From an uncultured delta proteobacterium (lineage in GTDB: Bacteria > Desulfobacterota > RBG-13-43-22), in NCBI GenBank assembly GCA_963790475.1, contig CAWBOS010000013.1, positions 64,001-128,000 of the forward strand: DNA of 64,000 nt, in the 5' to 3' direction. The notes under the pieces are model-generated. The model was not told the origin of the DNA, did no database searches, and saw only the letters and a list, made by a program, of their open reading frames with translations. A program made the translations under genes and the position numbers. Below are positions 21,953 through 30,881 of this stretch, piece by piece. Every line of letters begins with the position of its first letter. The first letter of the stretch is position 1.

Positions 21953-22231
21953 TTAATGGGTCACCACACTCTCATCTTCGTTGTCCTCTTCTTCCTCATT
22001 GCCCTCCCGCTCCTTGATGGCGTCGAGACGGTCGAGAAGCACTTTTTCCGCGGCGTCAAATTCCTTTTCGGTCATCTTTCCCGTTTCCAGCATCATGTAG
22101 AGTTCGCTGAGCCTGGTTGTGATGTCCTCTGCCTCGTTAGCCTGTTCTTCCTCGGCGGCGTCACGGATTTCCTTAAAGATCCAGAAAAGTCCCTTGACGG
22201 GAGAGATCAAGATGTCGTCTATGATGAACAT
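21953..22231 (-). CDS. gvpG: Gas vesicle protein GvpG
   Basis: MFIIDDILISPVKGLFWIF...LSELYMMLETGKMTEKEF...LLDRL; follows gvpF. Confidence 0.88.
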   Translation of the reverse strand: MFIIDDILISPVKGLFWIFKEIRDAAEEEQANEAEDITTRLSELYMMLETGKMTEKEFDAAEKVLLDRLDAIKEREGNEEEEDNEDESVVTH

Positions 22232-22262
22232 AAGGTCCTCTCTTCGACGGCCGGGCCAAGGC

Positions 22263-23024
22263 TCACAACATCAGGTCCACGTCCACGAAGTGGTGAGGGG
22301 CCCAGGGGCCGTTGAAATCGAAGGAAAAATTATTGTCAAAGCCACCTGCCGCCTTGAATATGGCCGTCTCGAAGGCCTTATCTACCACTTCGCGCGGCAC
22401 CAGACAGGCCAGGTTCATGACCTCTTGTTCGTTCCGGGAGATGTTCCTCTTGATTTCCGCACAGCAAGAAGACAGGATCGACTCGACCCTTTCCGTGTGT
22501 TCTTCACGGTCTTCCTTCAGGGATCTGTCGAACAGACGCCCGACTTCGATCTTGTCTTCCTGGGTCGGGACACGATTGCTGCCTAAGAACTGGTCCCTGG
22601 CCGCCCTGATCTCAGAATGGGTGTTAACGAAATACTCAAAAATATTCGGCACGTCCCAGGTCACCCTCAACCCCATCTCCACCTTGCCATGCACACGGTG
22701 AAGCTGTTCGGCGAATGGTTTCCGGTTCAGGGACAAGATCCGTTTGATCTCCTTGGCCCCCTCGGCAATGACGCCGAAAGCGATGGGCAAGGGGGTTTCA
22801 TCGGCCATGAGGCGTTTCAAAACGGCCTGGTGGGCCGCGATATGGCGGCGTTCCGGTCGGATTTTCCCGTTACAGAAATTACTGACTACCGCGCCGACCT
22901 GGTTATCGGCCAGGAGATAAACCCGTTCCCCGTCGATGCCGATATCGCCGTACTCCCGGTCTCCTGCCGCCGGAATGACGGCATAAAGATATTTTCCCTC
23001 TTTTCCTCCTGCTTTACTGACCAT
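22263..23024 (-). CDS. gvpF: GvpL/GvpF family gas vesicle protein
   Basis: YLYAVI, AHQAVL, TPLPIAFG, GPWAPHHFV. Confidence 0.9.
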   Translation of the reverse strand: MVSKAGGKEGKYLYAVIPAAGDREYGDIGIDGERVYLLADNQVGAVVSNFCNGKIRPERRHIAAHQAVLKRLMADETPLPIAFGVIAEGAKEIKRILSLNRKPFAEQLHRVHGKVEMGLRVTWDVPNIFEYFVNTHSEIRAARDQFLGSNRVPTQEDKIEVGRLFDRSLKEDREEHTERVESILSSCCAEIKRNISRNEQEVMNLACLVPREVVDKAFETAIFKAAGGFDNNFSFDFNGPWAPHHFVDVDLML

Positions 23025-23140
23025 AGGACTGTCTCCCCTTATGCTTCATTCTTTGCTGTCATTTCTGCGAAAGCTCATTCCGGGCTTGCACCAAGCCTGA
23101 CCTCCAATGCCCTTGTCGGCGGCCTGAATGACAATCAGGG

Positions 23141-23323
23141 TTATAGTTCGGCGGTGGCTCGACCCGTCACCATCAAAAATTGTAAAGACTTAATATGGCC
23201 TTCTTTCACATTGATCGCCAACAGGGCGCCGCAGGTATAGCACTTGACCTGCCCCTCATAATCGCTGTAGGCCTCATCATCAAGGTCAACACTGAAACCG
23301 CAGGATGTACAGTTAATCTTCAT
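23141..23323 (-). CDS. Small zinc-ribbon protein
   Basis: CTSC...CYTC pairs; AGGAG RBS upstream; co-oriented with the gvp genes. Confidence 0.7.
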   Translation of the reverse strand: MKINCTSCGFSVDLDDEAYSDYEGQVKCYTCGALLAINVKEGHIKSLQFLMVTGRATAEL

Positions 23324-23572
23324 GGCTTCTTATCTCCTAATTCAATTGGCATTACTTCTCATGCCTGGCCCGTTGTCGATTAAGCCAGGCCAAACGGAAT
23401 TGTCGATTGCCCAGGGCAATGATTTCGTGCCCGACCCGCCGCGCCTCCCCGGTGCCAAGGAAAAATCCGGTATGAGTCCGGCAGGCCCGGTGACCCGGCA
23501 GGCAGCGGTTGGTCTTAATGTGGGATGAATCAAAAATGGTAAGCATACGGTCCCTTTCCTTACTACGAACAT

Positions 23573-23624
23573 GTCATTCCGGATTCGACTAAGCATGCCC
23601 CGTACTTGATACGGGGGAATTCAG
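23573..23624. repeat. Degenerate dRS3/RPE-like palindrome
   Basis: GTCATTCCGG...GGAATTCAG with inner CCCGTACTTGATACGGG hairpin, near-identical to one at ~36377-36393. Confidence 0.55.
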
Positions 23625-23635
23625 TCCTTTTTAGT

Positions 23636-23959
23636 TCAATATCTGATCTTGAACGGCCCTGTGGTTGTCCGGGGTGCCGCCGTGGTCAGAGGCTTCTCAT
23701 GGCCCGGCATTCGCTGGCGCCGAATCCCCTTGGCTTCCAGTAAGGTAATGATTTTTTGCCTTTCCGTTTCGATGTCCCGGAAGCGCTGATCAATATGATC
23801 AACCTTTTCCAGGGCGCTCTGTTTCTCCTTCCCCCGACGGAACTTTTCCATCTCGAGGATACTGAGCTTCATATAGGCCTTGTAAGGGATCGTACCTTCA
23901 TCCGCACGGCCGGAGAGCGTCCTGATATCCTGCACACCTTTCATAATCCTTTTGGGCAT
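23636..23959 (-). CDS. gvpV: GvpV-like coiled-coil gas vesicle protein
   Basis: Directly after gvpN; AYMKLSILEMEKFRRGKE...IDQRFRDIETE coil. Confidence 0.65.
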   Translation of the reverse strand: MPKRIMKGVQDIRTLSGRADEGTIPYKAYMKLSILEMEKFRRGKEKQSALEKVDHIDQRFRDIETERQKIITLLEAKGIRRQRMPGHEKPLTTAAPRTTTGPFKIRY

Positions 23960-24984
23960 CGGCGTTCCTCTTTACCTTTCTCCTTGGCGGGCTTTGCGGG
24001 CCCACAGAACTTGTGGATCACCTCTTCCACCTTCTCCATCATGACCGGCTGACCGCCACGGGTGACCTTGGCGGTATCCGTGGCCAGGACATCCCGGCAG
24101 ATCATCTGAAAAAATGTATCATCCCCCCGGGCACGCCGGTTCTGAGAAGCAAGGATCCGGCCGATGGCGATCCCGGCCCGGATGGTGGGTCGGTTATTAT
24201 TGACCCCGAAATTCCTCAATTCCCTGACGATATCCACGATCCGTTCGACATCTTCCCGGGGGAGTCCTGATTTCTTCATAACGATCATGAGCTCCGTATC
24301 CCGGTCATAGTGCTCTAACTGGATGGTAATCAGGCGGTCCATCAGGGCATCCTGGGTCTTGTGGACCCCGGCGTATTCTTCGGGGTTGGAGGTAAAGATC
24401 GCCCGGAACTCGGGATGCACGGCCATGTACCCCTCTCCGGAGCGGCGCAGTTTCGGCAGGTTCAGGATCCCCTCGGAAAGGACACTCAACAGGGGGTTGT
24501 TCGCTTCCGGGCGGGAACGGTTGAATTCATCATAGATGAGGATCTCCCCGATCTGGCAAGCTGTGGTCAACCGGTTGTCCACCCAAAGGCTTTTCATTTC
24601 TTCCTCCGTCTTCAGGACCGAGTGGATATAATTGTCGACCAGTTTGTTTTTTCTATATCCGGCGTCCTTTCCGACGAGGTCGGAACTGCCGAATTCATCA
24701 TCCCCATGGATCAGGGTGACGGGACGTCCCAGTTGGGAGGCCACATGAAAGGCCAGGGTCGTCTTCCCCGTTCCCGCCACACCGGAAAAATGGACGGGAT
24801 ACCCGGCGACCAGATAGGCTAAGGCCCGCTGGGTGACTTGGTCCACATAGGCGGAAGAAACAAAGGAGTCACCGGCCTCGGGCTGAATGCTGTCTTCCCC
24901 GACCGATACACGCACCGTGGACGTGCTGACTGCTCTTAAAGCATTTTTACTCATGAACTTCATTCTCCTTCCTGATTTGATCAA
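23941..24984 (-). CDS. gvpN: Gas vesicle AAA+ ATPase GvpN
   Basis: GYPVHFSGVAGTGKTTLA, WVDNRLTTAC, YDEFNRSRPEANN, TSNPEEYAGVH; likely start ATG 24954. Confidence 0.96.
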   Translation of the reverse strand: MIKSGRRMKFMSKNALRAVSTSTVRVSVGEDSIQPEAGDSFVSSAYVDQVTQRALAYLVAGYPVHFSGVAGTGKTTLAFHVASQLGRPVTLIHGDDEFGSSDLVGKDAGYRKNKLVDNYIHSVLKTEEEMKSLWVDNRLTTACQIGEILIYDEFNRSRPEANNPLLSVLSEGILNLPKLRRSGEGYMAVHPEFRAIFTSNPEEYAGVHKTQDALMDRLITIQLEHYDRDTELMIVMKKSGLPREDVERIVDIVRELRNFGVNNNRPTIRAGIAIGRILASQNRRARGDDTFFQMICRDVLATDTAKVTRGGQPVMMEKVEEVIHKFCGPAKPAKEKGKEERRCPKGL

Positions 24985-25339
24985 TAATCCATCCGGTTCC
25001 CCGGCACTTCAGACAAGCCATGGCCGGGGCCGAGGCATCATCGCCCGTTCCCTGGCACAAGGGGCACGGGAGGGTAGGCACTGAGGGCCGGGAGACAACA
25101 CCCTTCCCGCCGCAGGTGGTGCAGGTAAGGGTCTTTATAGCCCCCGAGCCTTGGCAATGGGCGCAAAGGGCTACCGGCTCATGGACCCGGATCTTGCCGC
25201 TTCCCCCACAGACGCAACAGGCGGAAAGGGAAGACATGATATCAAAAGGATCTCGCCCCCGGCCTCGGCAAAAGGCGCAGATCAGTTCCTCGTATTCTAC
25301 TCGATCTTTTCCAGAAGTAATGTCTTTCATCGAAATCAT
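24947..25339 (-). CDS. DnaJ-type CxxCxGxG zinc-finger protein (no J domain)
   Basis: Six CxxCxGxG repeats: CAFCRGRG, CCVCGGSG, CAHCQGSG, CTTCGGKG, CPLCQGTG, CLKCRGTG. Confidence 0.82.
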   Translation of the reverse strand: MISMKDITSGKDRVEYEELICAFCRGRGRDPFDIMSSLSACCVCGGSGKIRVHEPVALCAHCQGSGAIKTLTCTTCGGKGVVSRPSVPTLPCPLCQGTGDDASAPAMACLKCRGTGWIIDQIRKENEVHE

Positions 25340-25427
25340 TTATTTCTTTCTTTGGCGGATTTTGGATCCGGTTTTTTCGGTTTTCGCCTGCATCCAATCC
25401 TTATTTTGGTTTACCCTGACCATAAGC

Positions 25428-25991
25428 TCAGGAAAGGTCTACATCACGGGTCTTCTGAATATGGGAATTCTTGCTTTCCTTGAATTTTAAAGTGCTTTCC
25501 TGGAAAATTTTCCGAGTTTTTTCCCCTTCTTTCTTCCTTTCCTTCGGCGGCATGGTTGCTAGGCCTTCCGTTACCTTTTTCGATCGGGTTTCGCCGGATT
25601 TCTTGAAAGAAGAGCTCCTCCAGGCCAGATGAGCCCCGGTCAGGTCATCAGCCGTACCTTTCCTCAAATCGTCTACCTGTGTTCTCAGGTCCAAAAGAAA
25701 CCTTCCCCGGTTCTCCCTGCCCATCCGGGCCCCGTCTTCCCGGATCTTGCAAAAATCCTCCAGCATGGTATCTACTTCTCGGCTCATACTGAAAACAAAA
25801 GTTTTACGTTCCCCCTTGGCCTTTGTCGCTCTCTTAATGTGGTCGGCTGCAAAATTGGATATCATCGTCGCGACCGTGTCGGTCAGATGATTAGCCCCCT
25901 GGGCCAAGTCTTGCACCAGCACCGCTCGCGAACTCCGCAGGATTTCGATTTCTCCACGCAAACGCCTCAGGTCATCGGTCAGTTTGCCCAT
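25428..25991 (-). CDS. GvpC-like amphipathic helical protein, long copy
   Basis: Follows gvpA; N-terminus MGKLTDDLRRLRGE paralogous to 26349-26630; basic C-terminal tail. Confidence 0.65.
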   Translation of the reverse strand: MGKLTDDLRRLRGEIEILRSSRAVLVQDLAQGANHLTDTVATMISNFAADHIKRATKAKGERKTFVFSMSREVDTMLEDFCKIREDGARMGRENRGRFLLDLRTQVDDLRKGTADDLTGAHLAWRSSSFKKSGETRSKKVTEGLATMPPKERKKEGEKTRKIFQESTLKFKESKNSHIQKTRDVDLS

Positions 25992-26027
25992 ATTGATTCT
26001 CCTTCCTTGATCTTTTTCTGCAACCAG

Positions 26028-26078
26028 GGACCCCTACAAGGCGGGAGCCCCAAAAAAGCCCCCGCCCTATGGGAATCC
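26028..26078 (-). terminator. Long conserved stem-loop after gvpA copy 2
   Basis: About 24-bp stem GGATTCC...GGGGTCC; pairing conserved relative to 26668-26717. Confidence 0.72.
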
Positions 26079-26089
26079 TTCTTTCAGTC

Positions 26090-26308
26090 TTAAGCCGGAG
26101 TGGCGGCACTGGCCGTCAACCCAATAGCCTCGGCATATTTAAGATAAGTCTCGACCGAAGCAATCACTACCCTCGCCTCGATGGAAAGCAGCTCAATACC
26201 AACCAGAGATACCTTCACCCAGGCATCGATCACGATACCCTTGTCCAGTATACGGTCAACAACTTCGGCCAAACTGGATGAGTCCGTTGATTTCTGAACC
26301 TTAGCCAT
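26090..26308 (-). CDS. gvpA: Major gas vesicle structural protein GvpA (copy 2)
   Basis: [56 protein letters not shown]; AAGGAGG RBS. Confidence 0.98.
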   Translation of the reverse strand: MAKVQKSTDSSSLAEVVDRILDKGIVIDAWVKVSLVGIELLSIEARVVIASVETYLKYAEAIGLTASAATPA

Positions 26309-26348
26309 AATTTCCTCCTTTTGATCTGTTTATCTTTTTATTTTTATT

Positions 26349-26630
26349 TTAAATGAACCAGGCACGACGAGCGCCCTCAAGATCTTTGGCAGTCTCTTTT
26401 CTTATCCTGCCGACCTTCTTCTCGATACCCGAAACAAACGAAGTCAGCTCTCTCCTGGTTTTTTTGGCCATTGCGGTGTGGGCTTTGGCGAAAGAAGCCT
26501 GCATAGCCGAAACCTCAGTGGCCAGTTCCTTGGCCCCGCTCGCCAGTCCCTGCATCAACATACCCCGATCAGCCCGCAGGGCGTCGACCTCCCCGCGTAA
26601 ACGGGTCATGTCATCGGTCAGTTTTCCCAT
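26349..26630 (-). CDS. GvpC-like amphipathic helical protein, short copy
   Basis: Follows gvpA; MGKLTDDMTRLRGE... helical; paralog of 25428-25991. Confidence 0.62.
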   Translation of the reverse strand: MGKLTDDMTRLRGEVDALRADRGMLMQGLASGAKELATEVSAMQASFAKAHTAMAKKTRRELTSFVSGIEKKVGRIRKETAKDLEGARRAWFI

Positions 26631-26667
26631 AATGATTTTCCTTCCTTTGATCTTTTCCTGAAACCAG

Positions 26668-26717
26668 GGACCCCTAAAAAGCGGGGGTCTAAAAAAACCC
26701 CCGCCTTACGGGAATCC
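26668..26717 (-). terminator. Long conserved stem-loop after gvpA copy 1
   Basis: 23-bp stem (two mismatches) with UUUU loop; inner GC-rich stem followed by a U-run. Confidence 0.75.
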
Positions 26718-26728
26718 TTCTTTCAGTC

Positions 26729-26947
26729 TTAGGCCGGGGTGGCGGCACTGGCCGTCAACCCAATTGCCTCGGCATACTTGAGATAGGTCTCGACCGAAGC
26801 AATCACTACCCTTGCCTCGATGGAAAGCAGCTCAATACCAACCAGAGATACCTTCACCCAAGCATCGATCACAATACCCTTGTCCAGTATACGGTCAACA
26901 ACTTCGGCCAAACTGGATGAGTCCGTCGATTTCTGAACCTTAGCCAT
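26729..26947 (-). CDS. gvpA: Major gas vesicle structural protein GvpA (copy 1)
   Basis: Protein identical to 26090-26308, with synonymous nucleotide differences. Confidence 0.98.
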   Translation of the reverse strand: MAKVQKSTDSSSLAEVVDRILDKGIVIDAWVKVSLVGIELLSIEARVVIASVETYLKYAEAIGLTASAATPA

Positions 26948-27015
26948 AATTTCCTCCTTTTGATGTGGTTATGATTTTACTGAAAAACAAGTGCAGGCCT
27001 GCTGACCTCCATTAG

Positions 27016-27031
27016 AGCAAGACACATGCCA
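27016..27031 (-). promoter_or_regulatory. sigma54 (-24/-12) promoter of the gvpA operon
   Basis: Minus strand TGGCATG-TGTC-TTGCT matches TGGCACG-N4-TTGC(A/T); about 70 bp upstream of gvpA; an enhancer-binding protein is encoded in the cluster. Confidence 0.88.
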
Positions 27032-27372
27032 ACCCTTTGGGAACCAGATCTGTCATGACCGGTCTGGTTCACCTTTAGTCGTTATTCCAGTGCAGGCAGG
27101 AACGTAGAGCCTGTGAAACTACATGAAAAACTGGATTCCCTTTTTTACTGGAATGACAGAAAATTATTTTTAAAATCTTTTAAAAATGGACCGATAGGAT
27201 AAAAAGGGGCTGTATCTGTGCTCCTTCGCCGCTGGTTATGGAGGTGTGGCCATGGAATTGATTCCAGTCTTGATAGGCGGGCAATACCGAATCAAACCCA
27301 TATGGCAATAACCTGTAAACCGCAACAGGTTTCATGTTAGAGATCAATTATCAGATAATCCAGGTTAAGATT

Positions 27373-27753
27373 CTAATACGAAGCGTGGAGATCAATGACC
27401 CGTTTGATTTCCTCGTGAGCGAAAGGCTTGCTGATAAAGGCGGCTACCAGTCCTGATTGGATGGCCTCTTCGATGGTTATGTCATCCCGGTAAAAGTAGG
27501 CCGAAACAATGATAATGGGCAGGCAGGGATGGGTTCTCCGGATCTGCCGGGCCAGTTCGATCCCATCCAGGTCCGGCAGTTTGGCGTCAAAAAAGGCCAT
27601 GCAAAATTTATATCGATCCGCCAAGGTCATGGCTTCCCCGGCGCAGAGGGCCTTCCGGCAGGCAAAACCGTTTTTCTTTAAAATATTTTCGAAGACCCAG
27701 CAGATTTCAGGTTCGTCATCGACAATCAGAACCAGACGGTTTTCATGGCTCAT
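27373..27753 (-). CDS. Single-domain response regulator (GvrC position)
   Basis: VLIVDDE, FFDAKLPDLDG, FISKPF. Confidence 0.88.
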   Translation of the reverse strand: MSHENRLVLIVDDEPEICWVFENILKKNGFACRKALCAGEAMTLADRYKFCMAFFDAKLPDLDGIELARQIRRTHPCLPIIIVSAYFYRDDITIEEAIQSGLVAAFISKPFAHEEIKRVIDLHASY

Positions 27754-29251
27754 GATGCACCTCCGTCATAAAACGGATAGGCATTTTGACGGTAAAGACA
27801 CTGCCCCTGCCTTCCAGGCTCTCTACCTCGATGGTCCCTTTGTGCTCACGCATAATGGAATAACAAAGAGACAAGCCCAAGCCCGTCCCCTTGCCCACCG
27901 GTGAAGTGGTGAAGAAGGGGTCGAAGACCTTGTCGAGGTTCCTCTCGGAGATGCCGCAACCCGTGTCGGTGATCTTTATCCAGACTTCGGTATCGACCGT
28001 ATAGACGTCAATTCCCAACATTCCTCCGTTGGGCATAGCGTTTATGGCATTTAAGAAAAGATTCATAAATACCTGCTGCAGGAGCGTGACCACGCCATCA
28101 ACCATGAGGGTCTCTTTGGAAAATAAGGCCTTGGTCTCGATCTTGTGAATCTTGGCATGGTGAGTTATTAAAGTCAGAGTTTCTTTGATCAGGGGAACAA
28201 TATTCACCAGAGTAATCCGGGGCGTCGTTGAAGGATAAGAGTATTTCAGGAGATTTTCGACGATGGCCGAGGTCCGCTGGATGCCTTTATAAATCTTTTC
28301 CGCGCATTCCCTGGAAAATTCGGGTAGAATATCTTCTTCCATCAGAAACTGGGCCGAGGAAAAACAAATGGCCAGGGGATTCCTGATTTCATGAGCGATG
28401 CCCCCGGCCATAACTCCCAGGGCCGCCAGTTTTTGGGATTGGAGGAGTTCCATTTCAAATTTCCGCTTTTCCGTCAAATCCCGGCCCACGGCCACGATAC
28501 CCACCGTTTGATTGGTACTGTCCTTCAGTGGAGAGAAGACCCAGGATAGGGGGATAAAAGTCGATTGACTGGTTCTTAAAAAACATTCCATCATCTGGGC
28601 ACCCTTCCAGGTATCGATACGGGGAAAAATCTCCTGGATATCCTTTCGATCCTCATCGGTACAGAAATCGGTAAAATAGCGTTCCCGGGTCTCCGCGGCG
28701 GAATAACCGGAAATTCTTTCGGCGGCACCGTTCCAGGTCTGGATCCTGCCCTTTCTGTCCATGGACAGAATGAAATCATTGGCGCTCTCCACGATGCTTG
28801 CCAGATGACGTTCCACCCGCCTCATCTCTTCGCTGAGACGCACTTCCTCCGTCACATCATCCATGAGAAGGATAACCCCCTCCACCTTTCCCCGGGAGAA
28901 GAAGGGAAGGAGACTGTAATAATAAATTCGGATGGGCACCCCTGGGGCACGGTAGGTCATTCGTTCTCCCTTGGCCGGTTGATTTTTTTCAATGACTTGC
29001 CGCATCCGCTTGGCAATATCCATCTGTTCGAGGATCACGGGGGGAAAAACTTTTTCCAGTTTATATCCGAGGGTGTTATTTAATGTTCTTTGACTTTTTT
29101 CGAGAAAATTGCGGTTGGCCGAGACAATACACATGTCTTGATCAATCAGGAGTACTGATGAGGGTATGGCATCCAGGAGCATGGTGTAGAGCTGCTCGAA
29201 CCGGTCCGGAAATTCCTGGAATACCTGATCAAGAGATTTAGCGTTCGTCAT
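27743..29251 (-). CDS. Cytoplasmic PAS-PAS NtrB-like histidine kinase (GvrB position)
   Basis: Two PAS, IAHEIRNPL, NLFLNAINAM, DTGCGI, GTGLGL. Confidence 0.92.
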   Translation of the reverse strand: MTNAKSLDQVFQEFPDRFEQLYTMLLDAIPSSVLLIDQDMCIVSANRNFLEKSQRTLNNTLGYKLEKVFPPVILEQMDIAKRMRQVIEKNQPAKGERMTYRAPGVPIRIYYYSLLPFFSRGKVEGVILLMDDVTEEVRLSEEMRRVERHLASIVESANDFILSMDRKGRIQTWNGAAERISGYSAAETRERYFTDFCTDEDRKDIQEIFPRIDTWKGAQMMECFLRTSQSTFIPLSWVFSPLKDSTNQTVGIVAVGRDLTEKRKFEMELLQSQKLAALGVMAGGIAHEIRNPLAICFSSAQFLMEEDILPEFSRECAEKIYKGIQRTSAIVENLLKYSYPSTTPRITLVNIVPLIKETLTLITHHAKIHKIETKALFSKETLMVDGVVTLLQQVFMNLFLNAINAMPNGGMLGIDVYTVDTEVWIKITDTGCGISERNLDKVFDPFFTTSPVGKGTGLGLSLCYSIMREHKGTIEVESLEGRGSVFTVKMPIRFMTEVHHEP

Positions 29252-29264
29252 TGATTCCCCTCCT

Positions 29265-29987
29265 TCATCGGTCCGACTTCAGGCCGGATTTTCCGGCCGG
29301 TGCGAGATCGGTAGCGACAAAATTATAAGGTGGCCAGGGACCGCTTATCAGGGCCTTGGCCTCTTCAACCTCCGCCACCCGCCGGAAGGTTTCCCGGAAG
29401 AGGCTTACTTTATTTTCTGGCATAAGGAAATAAAGGGACAAGATGACCGACCCGTTTTTCGCAGCCGTCTCGGTCCGCTGCCTTCCGTACAGACCTGAAA
29501 AGGCCTGAATGGTGCGCTCCAGAATCATCTGGTGATGGCCGGAGGTCTCATCCCTCATCCGGTAATGGGCCTTCCGCAGGGTGAGGTAATCCTGTCCGGT
29601 GGCCGGCTGTTTTTCCTGCCGTGATTCCCCCACCTCCTCGGACAACAGGATTCGGATTCCCATCTCGACCTGACCTTCCAGCTTCTCAAGCAGGGCATGG
29701 TATTGACGCTGCCTCTCTTTCAGGGCGGCCCGGATCAACGGAATTCCGTTCAGAAAACAGCCGTATCTCAGGGGAACAACCGCTTGCCGGCGATGGAGAG
29801 CCTCCACGACCCTGCTATAGACCAGGAGCTCGGCAATAGGAGGCGCCCCATCCTCGGCTGACTTCTCAGACACGGCGGCGCACAAACCATCCCCGGTCAC
29901 AAAAGATACGTCCCGGCCCTTCACCCCGGTCAAAGTCCCACCTTTAACGACCGGATCTTTGGTAATACCGTATAGCAGGTAGGCCAT
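29265..29987 (-). CDS. GvpL/GvpF family gas vesicle protein
   Basis: YLLYGI, VVPLRYG, SGPWPPYNFV. Confidence 0.88.
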   Translation of the reverse strand: MAYLLYGITKDPVVKGGTLTGVKGRDVSFVTGDGLCAAVSEKSAEDGAPPIAELLVYSRVVEALHRRQAVVPLRYGCFLNGIPLIRAALKERQRQYHALLEKLEGQVEMGIRILLSEEVGESRQEKQPATGQDYLTLRKAHYRMRDETSGHHQMILERTIQAFSGLYGRQRTETAAKNGSVILSLYFLMPENKVSLFRETFRRVAEVEEAKALISGPWPPYNFVATDLAPAGKSGLKSDR

Positions 29988-30080
29988 GCTCCCCCTTGAA
30001 ATTTCGAATTGCGGATTGCGGGTTACAGGTTTCAGGTAAAAGATAAATTCTTAGAGTTATGAATATAAGGATCTAAACCA

Positions 30081-30881
30081 TTATCCCTTCATATCGAGAA
30101 CCGGGGCAAAGTGATATGGCGGCCAGGGACCGGAAAGCTCAAGGCGGAGCCTCTGGGCTTCATGGTGCCTGTTCCAATCGCCCGTCAGTCCTTGCAGGAC
30201 ATCCACGGACCGGTCGGGAACAAGAAAGGCGCCATGGAAAAACATCTCCTCGTCTAATCCAGTAACTTCCCTCGACAAGAGGCGACGTTCACTGAAGGAC
30301 GAAGACACCTCTTGAACGATCCTCAAAATGTACTCCCCTTTCCCCTTGAGCCAGGAGGTCACCTCCCGCTCGACTGCCCCTTTGATTTTTTGTTCCAGAA
30401 AATAGCGCTTCCCCGGAGAAAGGCTGTCTAATTGTTCTTTTTCCCCCGCTAAACGCTCGGCCCTGATCTGCGACCGGGCCTGAGCCCTGTCCACATAGGC
30501 CCTGATACTCCATTCCTTTTTCCCGGCCGTATCACGGAAAAACATTAGCAAAGTATTCCGATGCTCCCTCAGCGGTTCCTTCATGGCCGCGAAGGAGGAG
30601 AAAACTGTGCCGAAGCGAACGGGCAGCACGGGGACTTGCTCCATGACGGCTATGATGACCTCTTCATGACGCAGGGCCCGGGGTCCGATCCAGGCCAGAT
30701 CTTCCATGCGGGCCTTGGCTTCCGGTCCGGTGAATTCCTCAAGATTAACCTCGGAAAAGACGGCGGTGACATTTCCTATGTCTTCAACAAGAAGAAGATG
30801 CTCCCCGTCAATCCCCGCACCTATGACCTCCGGAAGGGGATCTTCCGGCGTCAGACAGAATAGATAAATTCCTGTACTCAT
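30081..30881 (-). CDS. GvpL/GvpF family gas vesicle protein
   Basis: RHEEVI, VLPVRFGTVF, SGPWPPYHF. Confidence 0.88.
   Translation of the reverse strand: MSTGIYLFCLTPEDPLPEVIGAGIDGEHLLLVEDIGNVTAVFSEVNLEEFTGPEAKARMEDLAWIGPRALRHEEVIIAVMEQVPVLPVRFGTVFSSFAAMKEPLREHRNTLLMFFRDTAGKKEWSIRAYVDRAQARSQIRAERLAGEKEQLDSLSPGKRYFLEQKIKGAVEREVTSWLKGKGEYILRIVQEVSSSFSERRLLSREVTGLDEEMFFHGAFLVPDRSVDVLQGLTGDWNRHHEAQRLRLELSGPWPPYHFAPVLDMKG

Noticed and set aside
23330-23560. Internal sigma54 promoter, riboswitch or small ORFs in the gvpV to Zn-ribbon spacer
   Set aside because: TGGCACCGGGGAGGC has the right spacing but lacks the TT of the -12 box; no recognisable aptamer; the ORFs lack RBS or motifs
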